Of a stretch of 53,845 nucleotides of DNA, positions 46,403 to 53,845 are shown piece after piece; within the stretch, counting starts at the first letter, position 1, and every line of letters begins with the position of its first letter. The position numbers were made by a program, and so were the translations under genes. The stretch lies in IMG/VR virus record IMGVR_UViG_3300033141_002656, positions 1 to 53,845 of that record. One strand, written 5' to 3'. The notes beneath the pieces are model-generated. The model did no database searches and was not told the DNA's origin. It was given only the letters and a program-made list of their open reading frames with translations. The DNA is from a virus. Its lineage: Duplodnaviria > Caudoviricetes.

Positions 46403-47065
46403 TTACGATACCTTTCTCGGCCTTGCCCTCTTGAACTTACCCCGTTCACTCATCTCTACCACAAACACCGGACACAGAGGCTTGTCACTCGGGTCAGTTG
46501 GTGCAGAGTCTCTCGGATCCGGCAACCCTACGTTCTCAGTGGACATACCCAGTGCCAGCCTCTGGATCCTCTGAATGGTGGCAGCTGTCTCAGCCAATGC
46601 CCTCAGGTCTTTTGGTTCCAGGTTGCTGACAATCTTGTGTCTCCGCTGACCGGTCTCTGGGTCAAGGACCTGTTCCCTTTTGAATCCGTAATTGAGCAAT
46701 GATTCAATGTGGATCCTGATCTTGTTGGCCACCCGGTAATCATCCTTGGACTGAGTACATCTCCAATTGTTAACCAGAGACCAGAGTCTATTAACCTGGT
46801 CATCCTTGGGCAGATCACCCTCAAGTTCCCTAACATTGTGCAATGCTTGTGGCAGGGCCTTATCCCACCCATTGGTGTTCCGCCTGACAATGGCCCGTCT
46901 GAGGTCAAACCCTTTGGACCTGAGGAACGTGGCCTTGTCCTTACCCGATTCAATCCACTCTTTGAACAGCCCATCCCAGTCCACCTTGCCCTGACGGCAG
47001 GCTGCATCAGCGTCCAATCTCTTTTGCATCTGTGGTGTCAGTTTGCTCATTTGGTATTTTGCCAA
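46403..47065 (-). CDS. Possible terminase small subunit
   Basis: N-terminal HTH-like region, helical core (IQRLALG), short beta and basic tail; upstream of terL. Confidence 0.5.
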   Translation of the reverse strand: MAKYQMSKLTPQMQKRLDADAACRQGKVDWDGLFKEWIESGKDKATFLRSKGFDLRRAIVRRNTNGWDKALPQALHNVRELEGDLPKDDQVNRLWSLVNNWRCTQSKDDYRVANKIRIHIESLLNYGFKREQVLDPETGQRRHKIVSNLEPKDLRALAETAATIQRIQRLALGMSTENVGLPDPRDSAPTDPSDKPLCPVFVVEMSERGKFKRARPRKVS

Positions 47066-47129
47066 AAAGTGCTGGCTGTAAGTACCTGGGATTAGGATAC
47101 CAAAAATGTATTAAGTTGAACAGAATATG

Positions 47130-47432
47130 TCAATTGGTTTTCAGCTTGCTGATGAGTCCGTGGTAATATGCCATCTGGTGTTTATCGGCATAGGATGGGG
47201 GGCTCAGACGCCATTCCCTTGGGGGAACCCTCTTGGTATCGAACCAGTTTGAAACTGTCTTGGCGAGGCTGCCAGGGCCTCTGAGGACGTGATTGGGGAT
47301 GAGTCTATGGGTACCACCGATGTCCTCATGCAGCTGGTTGTGGGTATCAAAGATGAGGGCAATCCAATCCTGCTCTGCTGATCCCTCAGAATACAGCGGT
47401 TTGACTATGTACCTGTATCCTTGCCCCACCAT
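47130..47432 (-). CDS. Hypothetical protein
   Basis: MVGQGY start after GGAGG. Confidence 0.65.
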   Translation of the reverse strand: MVGQGYRYIVKPLYSEGSAEQDWIALIFDTHNQLHEDIGGTHRLIPNHVLRGPGSLAKTVSNWFDTKRVPPREWRLSPPSYADKHQMAYYHGLISKLKTN

Positions 47433-47596
47433 GGATTGCCTCCTTGTTTCCCTAATGATATTATCATGGCAAAAAACAAAAAGCTCATTAGGAAATGCAA
47501 AAAGAACCATAGGGGATCAGCCTGTTTCTCAAACACAGCCCAGCTGAATGTCAGAACCAGGACGCTGTTGAATATGGACAGGGATAGCAAAATCAT
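47405..47596 (-). CDS. Small two-TM membrane protein
   Basis: ATGA-coupled; two hydrophobic segments. Confidence 0.6.
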   Translation of the reverse strand: MILLSLSIFNSVLVLTFSWAVFEKQADPLWFFLHFLMSFLFFAMIISLGKQGGNPWWGKDTGT

Positions 47597-47814
47597 TGGG
47601 TGTCAACCTGATTGATTTTTTCCAGGGCTATGCATCGTTTGCACCACAGTTTTCCTGGGCGGTTTCTTGTCGGACGACAATTGCACGGCTGCGCCTCCAA
47701 CGCCTCCACGGCAATCCTGAGCCGGTCGTAGAGCCATGGGATGTCTCGCTTATCGCAATATCCATGCTTTTCAAGGCGCTCAATGATCTCCGCGATCCGG
47801 TCGAGTGCTTTCAT
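47593..47814 (-). CDS. Hypothetical protein with C-x-C...CxxC
   Basis: ATGA-coupled at both ends. Confidence 0.65.
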   Translation of the reverse strand: MKALDRIAEIIERLEKHGYCDKRDIPWLYDRLRIAVEALEAQPCNCRPTRNRPGKLWCKRCIALEKINQVDTQ

Positions 47815-48029
47815 TTTTCATACCCCGCACATGGGTCTTTTGTTTTGAACTTAAGTTGGTCTTGATGTAAGCGACCAGTGGCTGCATCATGAATCAAAGT
47901 TACACATGAAGCACAAATAAACTGTTTTTCGCGTAACTGCACACACCAGACATTGCCTTTTTGTTTGCAAAGAATGCACTCTGCTCCGCTCCACCAATGA
48001 TCCTTTTCATGCTTTGGCTTCTCAAACAT
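47811..48029 (-). CDS. Small Zn-finger protein (ClpX-ZBD-like pattern)
   Basis: CILC...FICASCV; begins MFEKPKHE inside the 50-bp repeat. Confidence 0.65.
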   Translation of the reverse strand: MFEKPKHEKDHWWSGAECILCKQKGNVWCVQLREKQFICASCVTLIHDAATGRLHQDQLKFKTKDPCAGYEK

Positions 48030-48055
48030 CACTCCCACTTCCCCATCGCGTCCAG
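48006..48055. repeat. 50-bp perfect direct repeat, copy 1
   Basis: TTCATGCTTTGGCTTCTCAAACATCACTCCCACTTCCCCATCGCGTCCAG, identical to 49203-49252. Confidence 0.95.
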
Positions 48056-48150
48056 ACTAGTATTGATTTTCTTCAGGGCTTTGCAGCATCGATAAACGCA
48101 TGCGCCTCTTGATCTCAAACGCTCTGCGTGTCATCACCGCGAAGATCCGT

Positions 48151-48546
48151 TCACTCCTTCTTTTTGCCGAATTGCAGATACTTGCATATTTCAAGGATTG
48201 TCCTGCCAACATCAGCCGCCGCCGTCAGTTCCTCGGGAGAGGGCACCTTCGCAGAATCCAGCTTCTCAAGCCGATTCAGCAAGACATCTGCGGCCTGTCT
48301 TGATAAGCCGCGACAATCCATATCGCTGCGATTTGATTTCGTGGATGCTTCGCTGCAGGTCTTTGATGACGCATCGATAGCGCAAGGCTTTTTTATTTTT
48401 TTGTTTGACCCATCTGACGGTTCGATATTTAGCTTTGAATCCTTCCTCATCTTTGCGTAAATACGCCCGTATTCCCGCTTGTAAGCATCTGAACCTTTGC
48501 GATATCCTGCTTGGGCCAACTCCGAAGCAATGGGCAATTTCGTCAT
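48151..48546 (-). CDS. Overlapping-frame hypothetical protein
   Basis: 131-aa ORF overlapping the sigma C-terminus by about 280 bp. Confidence 0.35.
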   Translation of the reverse strand: MTKLPIASELAQAGYRKGSDAYKREYGRIYAKMRKDSKLNIEPSDGSNKKIKKPCAIDASSKTCSEASTKSNRSDMDCRGLSRQAADVLLNRLEKLDSAKVPSPEELTAAADVGRTILEICKYLQFGKKKE

Positions 48547-48901
48547 TTTGCAATCCCCATTTGTATTTAAGTATTGCTATCATCCGATCGTCTCTGTTCT
48601 TTATATTTTCAAAAATGTCCAGATCAGTTTCCATTTTGGGAATAGTCACTGCAATGCGTTCTATATTTTGTGGTTCGCAGTATTTCAGTTGAATTCGGTC
48701 CTCATAAGAGATTTTACGAGAATCTCCCTTCGTTTGCCGGAGCCAATCAATATAAAGCTGTGCGAACGAACCGCTCGCTCCTTTCAATTTTTGGATGATG
48801 AACCAAGAAGCAAAATCCTCTTGGTCCTGGTAGTTACATTGCGGCCAGATCGAGGCATATGCCTTCGCTTTCCGCCAAAGAACCATTGCATCAGATCTCA
48901 T
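48266..48901 (-). CDS. Sigma-70-family (FliA/ECF-like) factor
   Basis: Region-2-like QEDF...YIDWLR; region-4 HTH DRMIAILKY..GL..DEIA..FGVGPSRISQ. Confidence 0.75.
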   Translation of the reverse strand: MRSDAMVLWRKAKAYASIWPQCNYQDQEDFASWFIIQKLKGASGSFAQLYIDWLRQTKGDSRKISYEDRIQLKYCEPQNIERIAVTIPKMETDLDIFENIKNRDDRMIAILKYKWGLQNDEIAHCFGVGPSRISQRFRCLQAGIRAYLRKDEEGFKAKYRTVRWVKQKNKKALRYRCVIKDLQRSIHEIKSQRYGLSRLIKTGRRCLAESA

Positions 48902-49226
48902 TTTCGGCCGTCTCCCGTATCATCCTCAGTCTTTCGCGTCCATACGTTTCGGCCTCGTCATTTTCAACGAGATAATGCAGATACGATTGTCCAAAGCAGT
49001 AGCAGATAACATCAGCGACATCGCTACACTTACGGTAGGGAAAGTGGATCATCACGTCGAGAAAGGAATCTGATACCTGTGCTATTCGACGAAGACGATC
49101 GAGTTCATCTATATTCCATGCGTCAAGATCTGCCCGGACGTAAATTCCGGGAAATAAGTCATTAACCATTGATTTTCTCCAATGCCCCATCGGCCCATCC
49201 GATTCATGCTTTGGCTTCTCAAACAT
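48891..49226 (-). CDS. Hypothetical protein
   Basis: Begins MFEKPKHE inside the 50-bp repeat; TGATG-coupled. Confidence 0.65.
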   Translation of the reverse strand: MFEKPKHESDGPMGHWRKSMVNDLFPGIYVRADLDAWNIDELDRLRRIAQVSDSFLDVMIHFPYRKCSDVADVICYCFGQSYLHYLVENDEAETYGRERLRMIRETAENEI

Positions 49227-49252
49227 CACTCCCACTTCCCCATCGCGTCCAG
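49203..49252. repeat. 50-bp perfect direct repeat, copy 2
   Basis: Identical to 48006-48055. Confidence 0.95.
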
Positions 49253-50005
49253 CACACGCACACGCTTACATCTTACTTTTGTGATATCTCTCCCATAGAC
49301 AACAAAGTCTTCTGGCATAACTTCGCACTTTAAAACCTTCCCTTTGTTGTATAAAAGCGCTTGCTGTTTCGTCGGAGACAGGTGCAAACCTCCGCCGCAT
49401 TGACGATCTTGGTCATCGTCCCAATCAGGACATTCGACGAGTCCAGAATATTTAATTTTCCCCGTATAATAATCGGTCATGTCGTCTTTTACAGTTTTAT
49501 AAAGAATGACTCCGCCATTTGGCCCACGATCTGTGTAGATTCCAAGAAAATCATCTTTGCTATGGACGTGCTTTGTCGTTTTAATGGCAATAACATCAGC
49601 GTGAGAATCAAACTGTTTTTTTGCATCTTGAAAAACAACGATCGCTTTATTGTGGGCAACGATCTTCCCATTTGATGTAAATATTCGACAAAATGAATTT
49701 CCCCAGGCCACAACGCTGGAATTTTCCCAGGCCACAACGCTGGAATTTTCCCTGGCCACAACGCTGGAATTTTCCAAGGCCACAACGCTGGAATTTTCCC
49801 TGGCCACAACGCTGGAATTTTCCCTGGCCACAACGCTGGAATTTCCCAAGGCCACAACGCTGGAATTTTCCCTGGCCACAACGCTGGAATTTTCATACTT
49901 CTTTCTAAGAATTATATTTTTCGCAAAGATACGAAGCTCAGTAGATTCATCGCTTTCTTTATAACTGTCAATATCATTTTGAGATTTGATTTCTATAACT
50001 TTCAT
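49226..50005 (-). CDS. Octapeptide-repeat (beta-solenoid) protein with C-terminal CGGGLH domain
   Basis: Eight NSSVVA(R/L/W)(E/G) repeats; LYK.V...Y..G, CGGGLHL, KVRCK. Confidence 0.8.
   Translation of the reverse strand: MKVIEIKSQNDIDSYKESDESTELRIFAKNIILRKKYENSSVVARENSSVVALGNSSVVARENSSVVARENSSVVALENSSVVARENSSVVAWENSSVVAWGNSFCRIFTSNGKIVAHNKAIVVFQDAKKQFDSHADVIAIKTTKHVHSKDDFLGIYTDRGPNGGVILYKTVKDDMTDYYTGKIKYSGLVECPDWDDDQDRQCGGGLHLSPTKQQALLYNKGKVLKCEVMPEDFVVYGRDITKVRCKRVRVLDAMGKWE
49695..49894. repeat. Coding tandem repeat, 8 x 24 bp
   Basis: GGCCACAACGCTGGAATTT at 49706 and every 24 bp through 49874. Confidence 0.95.
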
Positions 50006-50312
50006 TTTACTTCCTCCATTTTTGCATCCAGGTCGGCGAGGGCTTTGCGTAACGATTCCATTTCATCATTTCCGCCAAATAAATTAACCATCCGCGCCGC
50101 CTCCACCACGCGCATCATGGCATCTTCGCGGGGGCGGTGGTTCCATTGCCTGTCTGCCATACACCATTCACCAGCGCCGTACTGAGGCCCGAATACGCCA
50201 CAATCCAAACATCTCGCAGCGTCAATATCTGAGTAGACACCGTCATGTGTATAGTTTTTATCAATTTTTTATTGCTACCACAAAACGGGCACGGCTTCAG
50301 CTTGTCAGTCAC
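50002..50312 (-). pseudogene. Lar-family restriction-alleviation-like protein, frameshifted at an A6 run (50265-50270)
   Basis: LKPCPFCGS in one frame; CLDCG..GP...A..QWNHR in the -1 frame. Confidence 0.7.
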
Positions 50313-50560
50313 AACTCACCCCCTCTTACACCATTCATCCTCAATCTGGATCTGCTGGTATCAAAGGCAGCATTGACCACCTCACGGGCCCGTCTGATAG
50401 CGTTCTCATAAGCAGGCAGATGCCTGACAGCCTCCACCCCTCTGAGGACACTGATCATCTGGGCAACAGCCCGTGAGGGTGGATGGATGGACATACCCTG
50501 CAGAGTCTCAGGAACCACCTCAACCTCAAAGATCATCTTGGTTGTCTTTTGCTCAGTCAT
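50309..50560 (-). CDS. Hypothetical protein
   Basis: Coupled at both ends. Confidence 0.65.
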   Translation of the reverse strand: MTEQKTTKMIFEVEVVPETLQGMSIHPPSRAVAQMISVLRGVEAVRHLPAYENAIRRAREVVNAAFDTSRSRLRMNGVRGGEL

Positions 50561-50757
50561 CTCTTACCCGTCCTATCAAAATCCTCTGGCAGCCCATGGG
50601 GATCCACCAGGCATTCAATCATGGCTCTGTGTGGATTGTGCCACTTACAGGTCAGACCCTGGACAGCAACCCAGCCCATGACCCCAGAGATCAGGAACCA
50701 GCCCACTGAGCCACAGAATATCCAGATGATCAACATGGCTCTGATGATGTCATCCAT
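50557..50757 (-). CDS. Small membrane protein
   Basis: Hydrophobic N-terminal half. Confidence 0.6.
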   Translation of the reverse strand: MDDIIRAMLIIWIFCGSVGWFLISGVMGWVAVQGLTCKWHNPHRAMIECLVDPHGLPEDFDRTGKR

Positions 50758-51037
50758 TGTCTCTTGCCTCCGGTAAGCGTTTCTGATTCAATTTCTGATC
50801 TAGGTTCCAGGCCAGCCACCACCGATAAGCTGTCCAAATCTTTAACTTGCCACGGATCCCCACCTTGAACTGAATGGCACTTTGGTATGGCTTGATATCA
50901 AACACTGTGTTGCTGATCCAGATGGATAGCCCACTGGGCTTGTGACTGAACGTGTACTGGCCTGCCTGCCATTCCGTGGGATTGTTATAAATACAATCAC
51001 ATATGGTCTGCCAGTCCTGAATTGGCTGCCTATCCAT
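50750..51037 (-). CDS. Hypothetical Trp-rich protein
   Basis: GGAG RBS; 95 aa. Confidence 0.7.
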   Translation of the reverse strand: MDRQPIQDWQTICDCIYNNPTEWQAGQYTFSHKPSGLSIWISNTVFDIKPYQSAIQFKVGIRGKLKIWTAYRWWLAWNLDQKLNQKRLPEARDNG

Positions 51038-51056
51038 TCAATACTCCGCTCAGTTG

Positions 51057-51284
51057 TTACTCAGCCCAGTCCATCATCTCTGACCGTTGCTGTTTGCGGA
51101 CTTTGCCAATGGCCTGGTTGATCAGCCAATACTTGGCCCGGGGGCTGACCTTGCTTGTTAACAAAGCCTCTTTGATGAACCATGGTAGCCGGTTGTAATT
51201 GCGTTTGTTCTGGCGATACTCTGATGGCGTCCAGTTGTTGATCCGTTTCTTGTTCTGCATGAATCTGGCTGCACGTCCGTTCAT
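51057..51284 (-). CDS. Hypothetical basic protein
   Basis: ATGA-coupled. Confidence 0.65.
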   Translation of the reverse strand: MNGRAARFMQNKKRINNWTPSEYRQNKRNYNRLPWFIKEALLTSKVSPRAKYWLINQAIGKVRKQQRSEMMDWAE

Positions 51285-51523
51285 CTCAATGCCCCTCTGA
51301 ATACCCGGTCAAGTCCATTCACAACCCAGCCCCACTGACCGTTGACCACAACCTTTTTGAACGGAACCTGGGCCTGCCGTTCAGTTGTGGTCAACGGATG
51401 ATCAAACAAAGGCACAATATAGAACTCGCCAGGGAATGATCTAGGATTGGGCAGCCTCTCAGCTGCCCTGATGATCGATCTGGTTAGATCACTTCTGGAT
51501 TTTGGTTGCTGGTGTCTTTCCAT
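51281..51523 (-). CDS. Hypothetical protein
   Basis: MERHQQ start after AAGGA. Confidence 0.55.
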   Translation of the reverse strand: MERHQQPKSRSDLTRSIIRAAERLPNPRSFPGEFYIVPLFDHPLTTTERQAQVPFKKVVVNGQWGWVVNGLDRVFRGALR

Positions 51524-51845
51524 TAGTGATTTCCTTACACTTTTCACACACCACAGGTTCATCCATGGGCCTGCCATGGATGCATCGTCTGGTTGTTTCC
51601 GAGGTCCCATGGTGCAGGTTCCATTCTGTTGCAGCATCAACCACGTGGACATGATACCCACTTGTCTGATCACAGTTGGGGTTGCTGCACTCATACCGAT
51701 ATGCAGCAACCTGCTTGGGATCCACCAGCAATCTCGGTGTCCATTCCATGTTGCTCTGTTTCCAACAGTGCTTACACGCATACAATCTCATTGGCAGTAT
51801 TGGCATCTCAACCCCATTCAACCAGGCACTTGGCCCGTCTGTCAT
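51489..51845 (-). CDS. Zn-binding Lar-like protein
   Basis: CKHC...CSNPNC...AATEWN, then CIHG...CEKC. Confidence 0.6.
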   Translation of the reverse strand: MTDGPSAWLNGVEMPILPMRLYACKHCWKQSNMEWTPRLLVDPKQVAAYRYECSNPNCDQTSGYHVHVVDAATEWNLHHGTSETTRRCIHGRPMDEPVVCEKCKEITNGKTPATKIQK

Positions 51846-52014
51846 GCTTGAGGATAGTCCAGATGAATCTGTCTACCTCTCCAATATTGTCAAAAGAGAA
51901 CCGCCACTTTTTCCGGTCCCCTAGGAACACGGTAATATATATACGTTTTTCTATAACTCACCCCCTCTAAATAGATGTCAATGAATTAGACACCTATCTA
52001 TCGGGGGATTCACG

Positions 52015-52392
52015 TCAACCTTGAGTCTCAGCTGCAACCACCTGTTTTCCCTCACGACAATACAGCATCATTTCCTCAAGGTGATTGATTGCAGCTGGTC
52101 CCCACCCATTGGATGCCAGATACTCAGCCTGGTATTTCATCACCAGTTCATAGGGGTTCATACCCAGGCTGGCAAAATAGGACCGCTCACCACGGAGATG
52201 CAACTTACCATGTTCTGCATTGGAGAGGGGGATGGTGCAGTAGTCGCTTGGTTTCTGGCCCATGCCAGCCTGCATCCCAGACCGGATGTGATGAGCCACC
52301 ACCGTACCCTCAGACCCGGTCACACAACAGGGGTGTGACCGGATCCACTGCAGGTACTGCCTATCCCTTGGTGTTACTTTTTTGAGCATCAA
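52015..52392 (-). CDS. DUF968/HNH-like nuclease
   Basis: YLQWIRSHPCCVTG, AHHIR, KPSD..TIPLS..EH..LH. Confidence 0.8.
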   Translation of the reverse strand: MMLKKVTPRDRQYLQWIRSHPCCVTGSEGTVVAHHIRSGMQAGMGQKPSDYCTIPLSNAEHGKLHLRGERSYFASLGMNPYELVMKYQAEYLASNGWGPAAINHLEEMMLYCREGKQVVAAETQG

Positions 52393-52607
52393 TTCAATCC
52401 CATCTTTTTCATCAGGTCAATGGCTGTCCGCCCAGGCCCAGTATCATCCTGGTTCTGGACTTGGGTCTGAATTGCAGTTGTCATGATCACAGTGAATGCC
52501 TGCAACACACACTGATCCCAGCTGGCAATAACATTACCAGCTGCATATGCATCCTTGAGGCCCTTGGCCATCTGAACAATTGAATCTGCCAGTGTGATCT
52601 CAGTCAT
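52389..52607 (-). CDS. Hypothetical protein
   Basis: MTEITL start after GGGGAG. Confidence 0.65.
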   Translation of the reverse strand: MTEITLADSIVQMAKGLKDAYAAGNVIASWDQCVLQAFTVIMTTAIQTQVQNQDDTGPGRTAIDLMKKMGLN

Positions 52608-52626
52608 AATCTCCCCAGCTGGTTGA

Positions 52627-52753
52627 CCCTTACCCGGCAACTATGTTGGCATGGAACGTAATGGTTAAAGAAACTCTGCCGGGTAAGGGGGAACCGAATT
52701 AACAATGACCCACGTGTATCAATCGTGTATCAATTCTGTTCAACGCTATCAAT
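52627..52753. promoter_or_regulatory. 13-bp inverted repeat plus tandem TATCAAT array
   Basis: CCCTTACCCGGCA 52627-52639 / TGCCGGGTAAGGG 52677-52689; CGTGTATCAAT twice at 52713-52734; TATCAAT at 52747. Confidence 0.55.
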
Positions 52754-52776
52754 AGGATTCTGGATTGTCTAATGAT

Positions 52777-52986
52777 TCAGCCGGCACGTTCAAAGGAATC
52801 CAGCCAGCTGATCAGGATGGACCGATGCAGTTCTGCAGTCTCGGCCAGACCCAGCCTCATGGCTGCAAGCTCAAGTCTGGTCTTGAGTTCCTCAGGGACT
52901 TTGAGACCGATGTACCTGGTGTCATCCCTGTCTTTGCCCAGCGGTTTTCTGCCTGGGCTTTTCTTTTCTGGTAACCTTTTTGGCAA
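52777..52986 (-). CDS. Ribbon-helix-helix-like DNA-binding protein
   Basis: PGRKP...YIGLKVPEELKTRLELAA...AELHRSIL. Confidence 0.7.
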   Translation of the reverse strand: MPKRLPEKKSPGRKPLGKDRDDTRYIGLKVPEELKTRLELAAMRLGLAETAELHRSILISWLDSFERAG

Positions 52987-53284
52987 TGGTCAGTTCCTTA
53001 CGGGCCAACTTAGTTAGGAAAACATACATGAGTTCATGCACTTTTCTGGCATCAACCTGCCGTACCTTTTGAAACCTCATGTGGTTCTTGGCCCACCACA
53101 GATCAAAATACCCTGGCTTGAGAGCATCGATCTCAGAGAGCCCACACTGGACAATGTCCATGGCTGGGGTCTTGTCGATCGCTGAGAACACCCGCTTGTA
53201 TTTCAGATCCTTTGATGCCCAGTTGGTGAACGACAACATGAGCCCACGTGCAATTGTCTCATGTGCAACAGCTTGCTGTACCAT
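52922..53284 (-). CDS. Hypothetical protein downstream of the structured RNA
   Basis: MVQQAV start after GAGGGGAG. Confidence 0.65.
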   Translation of the reverse strand: MVQQAVAHETIARGLMLSFTNWASKDLKYKRVFSAIDKTPAMDIVQCGLSEIDALKPGYFDLWWAKNHMRFQKVRQVDARKVHELMYVFLTKLARKELTIAKKVTRKEKPRQKTAGQRQG

Positions 53285-53301
53285 CTCACTCCCCTCATTG
53301 A

Positions 53302-53441
53302 GTACCGAGGTCCAGGATCCAAACCGTTCCTGGCACCGTTCAGGACCCCATTCATGAACAACCAGCCTGGGCCTCAGCCCAGGACCGGACACCGGCATGT
53401 GTGGTGCCGGTCTCCAACCCCCACACAGGGTTCCCCGATAC
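53302..53441 (-). ncRNA. Putative structured RNA or leader (closing stem, five hairpins, kissing loop)
   Basis: Folded by hand; G-U pairs favour the minus strand; loops UGUGUGG and CCACACA are complementary. Confidence 0.7.
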
Positions 53442-53448
53442 GTTCAAC

Positions 53449-53477
53449 AAAATAACTAATTGTCTGTTATTTGACAA
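53449..53477 (-). promoter_or_regulatory. Sigma-70-type promoter for the structured RNA
   Basis: TTGTCA-N17-TATTTT; predicted start about 53441-53443. Confidence 0.6.
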
Positions 53478-53731
53478 GAGACAACGGCAGGACCTGTCCT
53501 TCAGTGGTGCTCCGATTCATCACAACATCCCGTCCACACTCATCAAACCTACGCTTGTCTTTGAAATAGACGAACCAGACGTGACGGGCTATGTGATCCA
53601 CTCCCTTTTCCCTGGTCTTTTCAACCTCAAGCCGGATGAAATCCCCTTGCCTGTTGAGGTTCAGGTAATTGTCTGCATCCTGCAGGAACTGGCTGTATCC
53701 CTTTTGATTCCCAGAGTTCACCACTTTGTCC
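53467..53731 (-). CDS. Primase-helicase, 3' end (SF4 helicase C-terminus)
   Basis: HVIVVWQPNK...QKGYSQFLQDADNYLNLNR...LEVEKTR resembles DnaB-family H2-H4 motifs; in frame with 1-2546. Confidence 0.9.
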
Positions 53732-53845
53732 CGGTCGATCTTGTTGGGCTGCCACACCACAATCACATGCACATCATTAGCCCTTGCCAGGTCAATCAGT
53801 TCAGCATAGGCATTGAGCTTTTCACCATGGTTGTCCCGGGTGATG
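53732..53845. repeat. Terminal direct repeat, copy 2
   Basis: Identical to 1-114. Confidence 0.97.

Noticed and set aside
48029-48154. TGA-TGA read-through gene ending ...CCKALKKINTSLDAMGKWE
   Set aside because: Too short and ambiguous; more likely a remnant resembling the end of 47593-47814.
49695-49894. CRISPR array or DGR variable repeat
   Set aside because: Units are contiguous with no spacers, have a 24-bp in-frame period inside a CDS, and no cas or reverse transcriptase gene is seen.
53302-53441. tRNA, SRP RNA or hammerhead ribozyme identity for the structured RNA
   Set aside because: No T-loop or CCA end, no SRP helix-8 motif, no CUGAUGA/GAAA core; left unassigned.

Overview
The window is a complete, circularly permuted tailed-phage (siphovirus-like) genome of 53,731 bp. 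Bases 1-114 are repeated exactly at 53732-53845, inside the primase-helicase gene. All credible genes except two (a RuvC-like resolvase and a small membrane protein) are on the minus strand. Modules: (i) replication and recombination, with an intein-containing T7 gp4/Twinkle-like primase-helicase that the ORF track misses, a putative initiator next to a DnaA-box/palindrome/AT-rich origin, an SF2 helicase, an SSB, an AAA ATPase, a PD-(D/E)XK nuclease and RuvC; (ii) lysis and envelope genes; (iii) tail, fibre and head genes (HK97-type capsid, protease, portal-MuF fusion, TerL, tail chaperone with an A-AAA-AAC frameshift); (iv) a mosaic accessory region with a two-frame C5 methyltransferase, a sigma-70-like factor and many small ORFs. 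I recognised no integrase, CI-type repressor, DNA polymerase, tRNA or CRISPR array. Most notable: five fibre- or virion-like proteins carry Sec-type signal peptides with Gln at +1, two of them paralogues of domains in non-secreted proteins of the tail region; a promoter-led ~140-nt multi-hairpin RNA has a perfect 7-bp kissing loop; the methyltransferase is encoded in two overlapping frames; and four genes are broken by single-base lesions. All family assignments come from motifs read by eye; no database searches were run.
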